Shown here: in pieces, positions 9,696-19,329 of the stretch
Layout of the letters: every line of letters starts with the position of its first letter
Numbering within the stretch: the stretch's first letter is position 1
Made by a program: the position numbers and the translations under genes
The notes under the pieces: generated by a model
The model's input: the letters and a program-made list of their open reading frames with translations, nothing else
The model's database searches: none
What the model was told of the DNA's origin: nothing
Assembly (NCBI GenBank): GCA_037127955.1
Contig: JBAXXI010000005.1
Span: forward strand, 1 to 35,564
From: Candidatus Berkelbacteria bacterium
GTDB lineage: Bacteria; Patescibacteriota; UBA1384; UBA12157
Direction: 5' to 3'
DNA length: 35,564 nt

Positions 9696-11336
9696 TTAAA
9701 CTTCGAACACGTTTTTAACGTCATTAAGCAATTCTTCTTCAGGTTCAATCGGCTTGGTAATTTTCATCCCGGTATCAACTTCGCAATCAAGTCGTAAAGT
9801 TTTACCACTAACCTCTTTGATCGCCGCTTCAATCAACGGCCGATTTTTCACATGGCAAAGTTGATCAGCTTGAAACTTAAATTTAACACCTAGCAAAACA
9901 GCTTCGGTGGTTTCATTTTTAATCACCGTATCTTTAAGCATGGCGGCAATGGCATTGTTGTGGGCTTTAATAATCCTAACCACTTGCGGCCAAGCCTTAC
10001 CCAAATCACTATTTAAGACAATTTTTGCTTCTTCAGCCGGGTTTGGCGCGATAGATACTTCTTCAGACTCTTCATTTTCATCAACCTTATCATCTTCTTC
10101 AATTTCTATAGCCACTGATTCTACTACAATTTTTGGCTCGGTTTTAGGCTCATTCTCACTTTTTACTTCAGGTTTTTTCTCTTCAACCGGTTTTGGTTTT
10201 TCAACCACGACTTTCGGTTTTTCTATTTCAACTTTTGTAGCTACTGGATCGCTACCATTTTGCGTTAATTCAAAAACTACCATTTCTAAAGGCAATTGAC
10301 CTAGAACCGAAGACTTAACTTGTCCAATCACAGCTGATAATTTCTGAATTACCAAGACCAATTCTTGACTCGAAAATACATGGGAATATCTATCAATTTT
10401 AATTTTTTCTTCAGCCGAAACTTCAAAATGCTCGTACAAACCGGCTTGCGCCAAAATAATTTTTCTAAACAATTCAATCACTTCACCAATAAAATTAGCT
10501 AAATCTTTACCGTCAGCACAAACATCATTAACTATTTTTAAAGCTTCGTTTCGATCTTTTTTAGCTAACGCTTCCACCAAATCCCAAACTGATTGTTCGG
10601 TCGCTTGACCTAAAACCTGTTGTACTTGAGTAAAAGTAATAGCTTTATCGGTTTGAATCGAAGCCACTTGATCCAAAAGCGTCAAAGCATCGCGGTATGC
10701 GCCATAAGCCAGTCTGGCCACCAATTGCAACGCCTCTTTTTCAATCTTAATATTTTCTTTTTTGGCCACACTTTCGAGCAAACTCATGACTTCATCGATT
10801 TTGGCTTTTTTAAAATCGAAAAGTTGGGCCCGACTTAAAATAGTAGCCGGCACCTTATGAAGTTCGGTTGTAGCCAGTACAAACACAGCGTGCTTCGGCG
10901 GCTCTTCCAGAGTCTTTAATAACGCGTTAAAAGCTTCCTTGGTTAACATGTGACACTCATCGATCACATAAATCTTATATTTACTTGAAGTCGGGGCAAA
11001 TTTAATTTTTTCACGTAAATCACGAATTTCATCGATACCGCGATTACTGGCAGCGTCAATCTCGATCACATCCATAGAATGGCCACCCGTCACCTCAAGA
11101 CAAGAAGAACACTTTTCACATGGCTCAATCGAATCTGCCAAATCTCGACCAGTACAGTTTAAAGCTTTAGCCAATAACCTGGCTGTAGTGGTCTTGCCTG
11201 ACCCTTTAGGACCGGCAAAAATATAGGCATGCGAAAAAGTACCCTGCTTTAAGGCGTTAGCTAACGTGGTTTTGATATGTTCCTGACCAACTACGTCAGC
11301 AAATTGTTGTGGTCTATGTTTTCTGTAGAGCGACAT
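9696..11336 (-). CDS. dnaX: DNA polymerase III subunit gamma/tau
   Basis: SLYRKHRPQQF, GPKGSGKTT, Zn Cys cluster, EIDAASNRGID, IDECHML, NALLKTLEEPP. Confidence 0.98.
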   Translation of the reverse strand: MSLYRKHRPQQFADVVGQEHIKTTLANALKQGTFSHAYIFAGPKGSGKTTTARLLAKALNCTGRDLADSIEPCEKCSSCLEVTGGHSMDVIEIDAASNRGIDEIRDLREKIKFAPTSSKYKIYVIDECHMLTKEAFNALLKTLEEPPKHAVFVLATTELHKVPATILSRAQLFDFKKAKIDEVMSLLESVAKKENIKIEKEALQLVARLAYGAYRDALTLLDQVASIQTDKAITFTQVQQVLGQATEQSVWDLVEALAKKDRNEALKIVNDVCADGKDLANFIGEVIELFRKIILAQAGLYEHFEVSAEEKIKIDRYSHVFSSQELVLVIQKLSAVIGQVKSSVLGQLPLEMVVFELTQNGSDPVATKVEIEKPKVVVEKPKPVEEKKPEVKSENEPKTEPKIVVESVAIEIEEDDKVDENEESEEVSIAPNPAEEAKIVLNSDLGKAWPQVVRIIKAHNNAIAAMLKDTVIKNETTEAVLLGVKFKFQADQLCHVKNRPLIEAAIKEVSGKTLRLDCEVDTGMKITKPIEPEEELLNDVKNVFEV

Positions 11337-11435
11337 ACTTTTCTCCTATTTCTATATTCTCATACTAACCGATTTTTCACCAAAAACGCAAATCGTGTTA
11401 AAATGTATATATAAACAAAAACAAAAAGGAGCGGC

Positions 11436-11912
11436 TTGGAAACCTACGATTTAATCATGAAAATCAGGGCTAAAACCGGATTGTCACAAAACGATATCCG
11501 TAAATCTCTTGAAGCACTTCAGGAAATTATTCATGAAGAAATTTCCGCTGGACGCGATGTTGAAATTCCTAATTTTGGCAAATACACTGTGGTAAGTTAT
11601 GCTCAAACCCAAACAATCGAACCAGTCGCAGTCGACACGATTACCGAATTTAATACCAACATTGTAAATGAAAAACTCAATTTAGTTGATAGTATTATTT
11701 CGAAAAAAACTTTAAATCGAATCCCTAAACATATCGCTCATCATTTTCAAGTCATCCCGGTCGAAGAAAGAGACGATGTCTTGGTAATTGCCATGGCCGA
11801 TCCCGAAGATGCAGAGGCAATTGAATTTCTAAAAAAGAAAATTAATAAAAATTTAGAAATCAGACCATGTACTCAAAAAGAACTAAATTATATCTTGAAA
11901 CAATATGTTTGA
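11436..11912 (+). CDS. Fusion of HU/IHF-like N-terminal body with T2SSE_N (PilB/GspE N-terminal) domain
   Basis: aa 1-53 ...KTGLSQNDIRKSLEALQEIIHEEISAGRDVEIPNFGKYTV resembles HU; aa ~90-158 IPKHIAHHFQVIPV...LVIAMADPEDAEAIEFL resembles T2SSE_N; TTG start after AAGGAG. Confidence 0.75.
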   Translation: METYDLIMKIRAKTGLSQNDIRKSLEALQEIIHEEISAGRDVEIPNFGKYTVVSYAQTQTIEPVAVDTITEFNTNIVNEKLNLVDSIISKKTLNRIPKHIAHHFQVIPVEERDDVLVIAMADPEDAEAIEFLKKKINKNLEIRPCTQKELNYILKQYV

Positions 11913-12819
11913 CACAAAACTTTCTCAACCAATTTTAGGCTTAGATATTGGTCAAAAAACTATGAAAATAGTCCAAATTCAAGGTTCGGGCCGAAATACA
12001 CAAATTGTTGGCGCGGCCGAAATTGAAATACCAATTAACGCTATCACTAAAGACGGCGTCAAAGACAAAGAAAAAATCGCCGAAATCTTAAAACAAACTG
12101 TCAGTAATCCAAAAAATAATTTTACAACTAAATATATTTCATCGGCCCTACCAGAATCACTAGTTTTCACTGAAACTATTTTGGTCAACAAGGTTTCAAA
12201 TAAGGAATTGGCTAAAAACATTTCTTTAGAAGCTAGCAAATTTTGCCCAATTCCGGCCGGCGAAACTTACCTAGATTGGCAAATTACAAATGATGCTCCG
12301 AACAATATGCTAGAAGTTTTAGTAGTTGCTGCGCCAAAAATCCTGGTTGATTCACTAGTCGAAACTATTGAACTAGCCGGACTTGAACCGATCGGCTTGG
12401 AAACCAAACCTTTAGCTTATTGCCGGGCGCTACTTTCAACCAAAGAAAAAGGACCTTTGATCATTGTCGATATTGGCGCTCAAGGCACAAATTTAACCTG
12501 TTTCGACACTGGAGTTATCAAATATACTTCAATTGTGACTATTGGCGGCGACCGAATCACTGAATACATGACCACCGGCTCACAAGCTTTAATCGATGAA
12601 ATCAACCATTTGATGAAATACTACGAAAATAAAACCGGCAAACTCCAGATTTTCAAAAAAATTATTTTAACTGGTGGCGGCGCCAATATTCCCGAACTGC
12701 GCGGCATTATTGAAAACGACACCAGAATCCAAACTGTCACTGGCACACCTCAATTTAAAATTAAGAATTTTGATCCTAAATTCAGTGTTGCCTTAGGCCT
12801 AGCCATGAAAGAAATTTAA
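11905..12819 (+). CDS. pilM: Type IV pilus assembly protein PilM (actin-like)
   Basis: ILGLDIG, YLDWQI, VLVVAAPK, IIVDIGA, IILTGGGANI, FSVALGLAM. Confidence 0.93.
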   Translation: MFDTKLSQPILGLDIGQKTMKIVQIQGSGRNTQIVGAAEIEIPINAITKDGVKDKEKIAEILKQTVSNPKNNFTTKYISSALPESLVFTETILVNKVSNKELAKNISLEASKFCPIPAGETYLDWQITNDAPNNMLEVLVVAAPKILVDSLVETIELAGLEPIGLETKPLAYCRALLSTKEKGPLIIVDIGAQGTNLTCFDTGVIKYTSIVTIGGDRITEYMTTGSQALIDEINHLMKYYENKTGKLQIFKKIILTGGGANIPELRGIIENDTRIQTVTGTPQFKIKNFDPKFSVALGLAMKEI

Positions 12820-12821
12820 AT

Positions 12822-13385
12822 ATGATTAGCGTCAATCTAGTACCACCAAAAATTAAACAGAAAATCCAAAATCTTAAAAACGTCACTCGAGCAAAAAATG
12901 GCGCTATTTTCACGATTATCATATTTTTACTGATTGGTTTTAGCTTAAAAATATTTAATTTGGCTATTGATAAAAACATTGATCAGACGCAAATAAACCA
13001 GAAAAACAATCAAGCTAAAACCAATCAAAAACAAGTTCTGGCAATTAACGATCGGGCCAAACTAGCAATCCAAATTAAACAATCCCAAATCGAATGGTCA
13101 ACTATCATTGAAACTATGAATAATAATTTTAACGCAAACTTGACGGCCGACCAGATCAATTTAAGCTCAACGCAAACACCAAATGCCAGCCTTTTAATCA
13201 GAACGAATTCAGAAAAAAATCTAACCGATTTTAAAAATAAAATCACTGCCAGCAACTTTACCAAAAATGTATTTATCAAAAATTCAGCCATAACTGCCCT
13301 GGCAAATGACAAAAATAAAGTGCTCAAAGTGGTATCAAACCTGGAATTCGATATTAATAACACTGCAAAGGAAACCAATGAATAA
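12822..13385 (+). CDS. pilN: PilN-like protein
   Basis: N-terminal VNLVP (INLLP-like) motif, TM, coiled region; follows pilM. Confidence 0.75.
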   Translation: MISVNLVPPKIKQKIQNLKNVTRAKNGAIFTIIIFLLIGFSLKIFNLAIDKNIDQTQINQKNNQAKTNQKQVLAINDRAKLAIQIKQSQIEWSTIIETMNNNFNANLTADQINLSSTQTPNASLLIRTNSEKNLTDFKNKITASNFTKNVFIKNSAITALANDKNKVLKVVSNLEFDINNTAKETNE

Positions 13386-13971
13386 TAAAATTTTATTAAT
13401 TTGGTTTTCAACTTTATTAATCTGTTTTGGCGTAACATTTTGGCTAATTTTGCCGCAAATCAATCATTTAATCGAAAACTCAAACCTTCAAAAACAAAAT
13501 ACTCTTAACCAAACCGCAAACAACAATCTAGACACCAACATCAATCAGTTAGCTAAAGATTTTGATTTACCGAATTTACTCGAAATCGCCAATACCTATA
13601 TCCCACAAACGGATCAATCGGCTAATCTAAAAACAGTTTTATCCGGAATGGCTAATCAAGCTGGGCTAACTGTCACTAATTTTCAGAATCAGACACAACC
13701 AACAGATCTAAACGTTAATACTAACGGTTTCACCATTAATTTAACCGGAAAAACATTTCAATTAATAAGTTTTTTAAAATTAATCGAATCGTCAACCCAA
13801 TTATTTAGTCTAAAAAATATCGAGATTAAACCAAGCGGACAAACTATGACTACCAAAATTTCTGGTCAAACTTACTGGTCAAATACGAGCAATCAAAATC
13901 TGGAAGAACTAAATAATAACGAAAACTTGATTGAAACGTTTACCAAATTTCAAAGCTTAATCAAAAAATAA
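13378..13971 (+). CDS. pilO: PilO-like protein
   Basis: ATG 13378 overlapping pilN end; N-terminal TM; YIPQ...LSGMANQAGL and INLTGKTFQLISFLKLIE pattern. Confidence 0.75.
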   Translation: MNNKILLIWFSTLLICFGVTFWLILPQINHLIENSNLQKQNTLNQTANNNLDTNINQLAKDFDLPNLLEIANTYIPQTDQSANLKTVLSGMANQAGLTVTNFQNQTQPTDLNVNTNGFTINLTGKTFQLISFLKLIESSTQLFSLKNIEIKPSGQTMTTKISGQTYWSNTSNQNLEELNNNENLIETFTKFQSLIKK

Positions 13972-13998
13972 CCAGGCAAAACGCTTGGTTATTTTTTT
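13964..13998. terminator. Bidirectional terminator
   Basis: AAAAAATAACCAGGC-aaaac-GCTTGGTTATTTTTT between convergent genes. Confidence 0.85.
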
Positions 13999-14020
13999 AT
14001 TTTTATTTTTAATTTTAGAT

Positions 14021-14395
14021 CTATTTCATGACCGCTTTGATCTTGGAGATAACCTCGCCTGGCATAGTTTCCGATTTAACAATATAATCGGCAGCGCCAA
14101 GCTTTTTGCCTTGCAAACGATCCACATCTTGGATCAAAGCTGTCAAAATAATGACCGGGATATCTTTTGTATCTTCATCTTCTTTTAGCTGCTTTAAAAC
14201 ATCAAAACCATTGATTTTTGGCATCATCACATCGAGCAAAATCACGTTTGGCTTAGTGTCGTGAGCGCTAGCTAAAGCTTCTTCGCCATTTGACGCCTGA
14301 ATAATTTCAAAACCTTCAGCCTTTAAACGTTCATCATACATTTCTCTTAAGGTTAAATCGTCATCAACAAGTAAAATTACTTTTCCGCTTTCCAT
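14021..14395 (-). CDS. Single-domain response regulator (receiver only)
   Basis: LLVDDD, LLDVMMPKINGF, IILTA, DYIVK. Confidence 0.95.
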   Translation of the reverse strand: MESGKVILLVDDDLTLREMYDERLKAEGFEIIQASNGEEALASAHDTKPNVILLDVMMPKINGFDVLKQLKEDEDTKDIPVIILTALIQDVDRLQGKKLGAADYIVKSETMPGEVISKIKAVMK

Positions 14396-14588
14396 ATTTT
14401 CCTTTCATTATTTCGAAATCTTTCGAGAAATTACTAATCAAAATCGGATCTATTTAATTTAATATTAAGAACAATTTACTAACTTGTCAATTTTTACCAC
14501 TAAAACTAGAAAATTATATTTCTCGAAACATTACTAAATAAATGCACTATCGCACTAAAATTAGTAATAAATTTATAAATCAATAAAC

Positions 14589-15302
14589 TTATTTTTTAAC
14601 AAACAGAAAATAAGTAGCACCGATAATAATAATCAAAACCAAAACAGATAGCGTCACAACCAAACCAGTACTACCATCTTTTTTAGTCGGTACAATATCG
14701 GTTGCCGGTTCAACCTGAGGCGCTGGCGCAGCTTGAGCTTTCGGCATGGTTACTTCTGGTTGAGTTTCGATCGCAGCTTGAGCTGCAACAGGGGCCGCAC
14801 CCACAGAAGCGCTTGAGGTATCGGCCGCGGCTGGTTCAAAAACCACCTCTGGTTTAGCTGGCTCAGCACTGACCGCTTGGGCGGGAGCAGCTGGCGCACC
14901 CGGAACTGGAGTCGAACCTTTACCATATTTTTGCAAAACTTGTTCAATTTTTGTAATAACATCGGATGGCATGGCTTCTGATTTAATCAAATAATCCTCT
15001 GCCCCGCCTTCAACCGCTTTTTCACGATTAAAATCACGCATTAAGGCCGACAACATCACTACTGGAATATCTTTAGTCGCTGGATCAGATTTAAGTGACG
15101 CCAAAGTTTCGTAACCATTTAATTTTGGCATCATAACATCGAGCATAATAATATCTGGTTGAAAATCACGAACACTAGCTAACGCTTCTTCGCCGTTACC
15201 ATTACTATTAACCACATAACCAGCTAACTCTAAACGCTCCTTGTACATATCAAGCAACATCTTGTCATCGTCAGCCATGAGTACTTTACTACCTTTTGGC
15301 AT
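14589..15302 (-). CDS. Response-regulator receiver with Pro/Ala linker and C-terminal TM anchor
   Basis: LMADDD, MLDVMMPKLNGY, MLSA, DYLIK; PA-rich linker; C-terminal LVVTLSVLVLIIIIGATYFLF-VKK. Confidence 0.9.
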   Translation of the reverse strand: MPKGSKVLMADDDKMLLDMYKERLELAGYVVNSNGNGEEALASVRDFQPDIIMLDVMMPKLNGYETLASLKSDPATKDIPVVMLSALMRDFNREKAVEGGAEDYLIKSEAMPSDVITKIEQVLQKYGKGSTPVPGAPAAPAQAVSAEPAKPEVVFEPAAADTSSASVGAAPVAAQAAIETQPEVTMPKAQAAPAPQVEPATDIVPTKKDGSTGLVVTLSVLVLIIIIGATYFLFVKK

Positions 15303-15391
15303 AATAGTCCTTTCGTCAATAATTAAAACTTCCCAATTTTGTTGGTCATTATAATTGTATCATACATTTCAATGCAAATAAAAAACCCGGT

Positions 15392-16108
15392 CTAAGGAAG
15401 ATCGGGTAGGGTAAGTGGAATGGAATCGATGTCATAATCATCAATCAGATAGGCCAGAGCTAATCGTCGCATATGCTCGACTCGCCGGCTAAAATAGTCA
15501 TGATATTTTCTGGGCAAAATTTCCAAAGCTTTGGTTTGCCCCATCGGCACATAGAAATCGATGGTTTCGCGAGCCACTCGCTGAACCTTCGAAGGATCGG
15601 TGGTGGTCAAAGCATGCAAAGTCGACAGATTATGAATCCTGTCAGCATACTTGATTACGAGAATCATCGGTTCTTTATAAGCCCAGTCAAATAGTCTGTC
15701 GTGATACTCTCTTAGTCTCGATTCTTTGTCAGAAAAAGCCGATCTTGGTTTTTTACTAACTGAATCGACCATCAAGGCAACCCTATTGGTAAAAATCGAA
15801 CCACATTTAGCAAAAGCTCCATAAAGAATATCTGAATCAATCGGCTTGACAGACTTGTAACTATCCTCGATTAGATCATGGCAACCACCAGCTGCCACTA
15901 CCGCCCAATCAATCGTCTTACCATGAGCCAAGTAGAACTCGATGATTTGACGCATTACATCGTAAACGTGATCCATATAACTACTACCATCATCACGTAT
16001 TTGCTGACCATGGTACTGGGCACACAAATGTTCAACCATAAAAAAAGCTTGCTGAGCCCTAAGTGATATGTTATGAAGGTACCGGTTTAAAACTAAAAAA
16101 CTGGTCAT
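15392..16108 (-). CDS. Stand-alone RelA/SpoT-type HD hydrolase (small alarmone hydrolase-like)
   Basis: HGQQIRDDGSSYMDH, HDLIED, VSKK, IKYADRIHNL, ARETIDFYVP; no synthetase domain. Confidence 0.85.
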   Translation of the reverse strand: MTSFLVLNRYLHNISLRAQQAFFMVEHLCAQYHGQQIRDDGSSYMDHVYDVMRQIIEFYLAHGKTIDWAVVAAGGCHDLIEDSYKSVKPIDSDILYGAFAKCGSIFTNRVALMVDSVSKKPRSAFSDKESRLREYHDRLFDWAYKEPMILVIKYADRIHNLSTLHALTTTDPSKVQRVARETIDFYVPMGQTKALEILPRKYHDYFSRRVEHMRRLALAYLIDDYDIDSIPLTLPDLP

Positions 16109-16219
16109 TATCTTTCCCCCTTGTTTTGTTTTTTGTTTGAGCTCACTTTACCAAAAAATACCTCTATTGTCAAGGTATTTTTATTTATTTTGAGAGAAAT
16201 TTTATGAGTGTGATAATTT

Positions 16220-18127
16220 TTACAATTCGTCGTCGTTGCCCATCGGTTTGGCCAACGGTTTCAACTGCTCTTTATCCTGTGGACTTTGAGCCTCTAAATC
16301 AATGATCGCCTGTTTAGCTTCAATGGTTGGCAAGCTAAAGGTGAAGGTCGAACCCTTGCCCATACCCTCTGAATCAGGCCAGATGCGGCCGTGGTGGAGT
16401 TCAACTAGCGCACGAGTAATGTAGAGGCCCAAGCCAGTGCCCTGGCTTTCCTGGGTCGAGTAGTTGCCTACACGGTGAAACTTTTTAAACAGTTTAGTCA
16501 ATTCTTCTTTTGGAATACCCACACCCTGGTCTTTAACCCGAATCAGGTATTGCTGGTCACCCACAATTTGTTTCATATGTTCATCGCCCACGGCGTGAAT
16601 CGATTCCTGATCATCCACCGGACTGGCCAAAATAGCCTGTTCCAACTTGCCCCACTCGCTATTAAGGACGGAAGTCGGCGCCTTTTCGATCGTCACCGTA
16701 ATCGTGCCCGGTTGGAGCGTATATTTAATCGAGTTACCGATAATATTAACCAAAATTTCCTTAACCTTATCTGGATCGGCAAAGGTGAGGAAAGAAGGGT
16801 TTAGGTTTGAGGTTTTAGGGGTTAGAGAGGTTGCGGGGGTTAGGTTAGAATCATCGGTTTTTTCTATACCCTGAACCCTAGAACCTGTACCCTGATCGAA
16901 CACGACCTTCTGCTTGTGTTCATCGGCTTTAAATTTGAGTTCCTCGATCACCTGCTGAATCACTTCAACCATATTGATTTCTTTTTTCTCCACCAAAAGT
17001 CGGCCTTCCTCAATTCGGCTGATGTTAAGCATGTCAGAAATCAACCTGGCTAAACGCTTGGCCGAACGGTAAACCCTGTCCATATACTGCACCGCTTTAG
17101 GGTCCTCCAGCTTCACCAATTTTTCATCCAGCATCATAGACAGATAACCCTCGATGGCCGAAACCGGCGTCAAGAGTTCATGACTAGCCAAACTGACAAA
17201 CTCCGTCTTCATCTTGTCGAGATCCTTGAGATGAACGTTTGCCTCGGCAAGTTGAGTACTAAGAAGTTGCAACTGATCTTTTTTCTTAATCTCATCTTGA
17301 ACTGATTTAATAAGCAGATAACCACCATAAACAACTAATCCCAAGATTACACTACTAATTATTTTCTGTACACTATTATCGGCAACTATTAACTGTACTA
17401 GTAAAGCCAATGAAACGATGACTGTTGCTGTTTCAGTTAAAATAACTTTTATATCAAAAAGATTTTTCTTAATAATTGCGTATGCAGTTATTGATGCCCA
17501 AATAATTATTCCGCTATAACCCAATCTTGAAATTGTCGCGATTTCAGGATAAATCAAAGGTAGCACTAAATTTGCAATAACAGCGACTACGATCAAAATA
17601 AAAAAACCAACTAAAACGAAAATCAACTGAGATTTCTCAAGACCAGACATTTTTTTTAATTTACTCAACGAAGTACCGACTCCAATAATCAACAAGTATA
17701 TTAGTAAAAACGCCTCATATAATGGCTCTAAACTGCCATTAATTAATTCAAAACCATTACCAATCGGATTAACTCCTTGAATAATTAAGCCAGTAAAAAT
17801 TGAAACTACAAAGAATAGACATGGGAAAATTGCCAAGACTAACTTTTTTTTAACAGAAACATCACCCTTAGGAAAGTAAAGTGCAAACAAAACGAAAAGA
17901 TAACTAAAAATAGCGGCAGAAGCGTAGTCCAGCCTTGAAAGATAAAGTGCTAGTGTTGGATTTGATGTATAGTCAACAGAAAAGTTAAATATCATCCAAA
18001 CAGAAAAACCGAGAGAAACAAATAAAAAAAACTTATTATTATTTTCTTTTGGACTAGCAGCATACACAAAAAAACCTAATAACAAAATAATAATCAGACT
18101 CGCCCAAAAAACAAGATTTATATACAT
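16220..18127 (-). CDS. Sensor histidine kinase with multi-TM (HisKA_7TM-like) input domain
   Basis: About 9 TM segments; H-box ASHELLTP; N-box NIIGNSIKY; DQGVGI; FHRV; GTGLGL; GSTFTF. Confidence 0.95.
   Translation of the reverse strand: MYINLVFWASLIIILLLGFFVYAASPKENNNKFFLFVSLGFSVWMIFNFSVDYTSNPTLALYLSRLDYASAAIFSYLFVLFALYFPKGDVSVKKKLVLAIFPCLFFVVSIFTGLIIQGVNPIGNGFELINGSLEPLYEAFLLIYLLIIGVGTSLSKLKKMSGLEKSQLIFVLVGFFILIVVAVIANLVLPLIYPEIATISRLGYSGIIIWASITAYAIIKKNLFDIKVILTETATVIVSLALLVQLIVADNSVQKIISSVILGLVVYGGYLLIKSVQDEIKKKDQLQLLSTQLAEANVHLKDLDKMKTEFVSLASHELLTPVSAIEGYLSMMLDEKLVKLEDPKAVQYMDRVYRSAKRLARLISDMLNISRIEEGRLLVEKKEINMVEVIQQVIEELKFKADEHKQKVVFDQGTGSRVQGIEKTDDSNLTPATSLTPKTSNLNPSFLTFADPDKVKEILVNIIGNSIKYTLQPGTITVTIEKAPTSVLNSEWGKLEQAILASPVDDQESIHAVGDEHMKQIVGDQQYLIRVKDQGVGIPKEELTKLFKKFHRVGNYSTQESQGTGLGLYITRALVELHHGRIWPDSEGMGKGSTFTFSLPTIEAKQAIIDLEAQSPQDKEQLKPLAKPMGNDDEL
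16796..16894. repeat. In-frame heptamer-periodic inverted repeat inside the kinase gene
   Basis: agggttt-aggtttg-aggtttt-aggggtt... opposite ctatacc-ctgaacc-ctagaac-ctgtacc; encodes QGTGSRVQGIE...LTPKTSNLNP. Confidence 0.7.
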
Positions 18128-18153
18128 TTAGCCCTCTTTAGTATTAATATAAC

Positions 18154-18184
18154 AAAAAAAGAGGCCGATGTTAATATCGACCTC
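18154..18184 (-). terminator. Intrinsic terminator after GNAT gene
   Basis: GAGG-CCGAT...ATCG-ACCTC hairpin preceded by A tract on the + strand. Confidence 0.7.
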
Positions 18185-18198
18185 ATGACAAGCTAAAT

Positions 18199-18837
18199 TT
18201 ATTTTGGATTTTTCCAGAACATAAGCACTCCATAATCAAGACTTTCTGGATCTTCAAAGTAACCAGGTAAAGGCATTATTACATCGAATCCATTTTGTGA
18301 ATAAAATTCAAGTTCTGGATCAATTTTTCTATTACCTCGCTTGGCGCTAATGTACTGTTCGATAGTCATTTGAGTAGAAAATTTAGAGAACCGCGGTACC
18401 CTTGACCCAATAACAAAGCCATCTAAACGTCTTTGTATTATCGAATTTTTACAATATTCAAGCATTTTTGATCCTAACTTTAACGAAGAAAAGCGAGGTG
18501 AAACACTCAAAGAAACGCCATATAAGTATTTGCCATTTGGATTATGAGTTCCCGCGATAAAGCCTTCATCGGAAACTTCGTACCATGTTGGTATCGGATG
18601 AGCTAAATCGTAATCAAGAAGTTCACTTACGCCAACACCAGCAATCTCACCGTCAACTTCAGCGATGAAAATACCTTCCGGAAAGACCTTGAGGTGACTT
18701 TCGAAATGTTCACGAGTAAAAGCCTGATCTTCGGACCAAGTTTCTTTTTCAACTCTCAACATTCCTTCGATATCGTCAATGGTTGCACCTCTGCGAATTA
18801 CAACTTCATTTTTGCACTTTTCTGTTACTGTGTTCAT
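18199..18837 (-). CDS. GNAT-family N-acyltransferase (YkwB-like)
   Basis: SHLKVFPEG, LYGVSLSVSPRFSSLKLGSKM, GSRVP, DPELEFY, LPGYFEDPES; ATG 18837 after GGGGAA. Confidence 0.85.
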   Translation of the reverse strand: MNTVTEKCKNEVVIRRGATIDDIEGMLRVEKETWSEDQAFTREHFESHLKVFPEGIFIAEVDGEIAGVGVSELLDYDLAHPIPTWYEVSDEGFIAGTHNPNGKYLYGVSLSVSPRFSSLKLGSKMLEYCKNSIIQRRLDGFVIGSRVPRFSKFSTQMTIEQYISAKRGNRKIDPELEFYSQNGFDVIMPLPGYFEDPESLDYGVLMFWKNPK

Positions 18838-18838
18838 C

Positions 18839-19327
18839 TTAATTTCCCCCAATTAGATGTTTGAAAAAGTCATATCCAAGTTTTACCAAATTGATGCCTA
18901 ATCCGTAGATTATACACCAGATAAAACCCGATATGCCTGAGTAGACTATATCTACCATGTAAGCACTATTCTTCTTTACTCCTGCCTGATTCAGCATGAG
19001 TGCAGAAGTACTTGGACTAACAACGACTGCCACAATTAACGTTGAAGCGTAAATCAACCCTTTAGCAATCTTTTTAGCCCACATTACAACCTGGCTCTGT
19101 TCTTTCTCTTTTTCTTTTTCCAGCCATATCTTTAGCGTCGGTGATAATTCCGATTTTTCGCAAAGGTAGGTACAGGTAATTGAGAAAAGTGAAAGTAAAA
19201 GTATGGTCGCAAGACATGCCGCCCAAAAGGGCAACAAGGCGACCATAGCGATAATCCAGCCCTCTTCAATGAAGAAAACTGCGATATTTAGAGTGGCAAG
19301 GCCAACTCTGGCTAACCATGCGATCAT
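18839..19327 (-). CDS. Hypothetical integral membrane protein
   Basis: About 4 hydrophobic helices; closely packed with both neighbours; ATG 19327 after AAGGGAG. Confidence 0.75.
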   Translation of the reverse strand: MIAWLARVGLATLNIAVFFIEEGWIIAMVALLPFWAACLATILLLSLFSITCTYLCEKSELSPTLKIWLEKEKEKEQSQVVMWAKKIAKGLIYASTLIVAVVVSPSTSALMLNQAGVKKNSAYMVDIVYSGISGFIWCIIYGLGINLVKLGYDFFKHLIGGN

Positions 19328-19329
19328 GA

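Noticed and set aside
16796-16850. Telomere-like TTAGGG repeats
   Set aside because: The period is 7 and irregular, and it forms one arm of an inverted element within an intact CDS.
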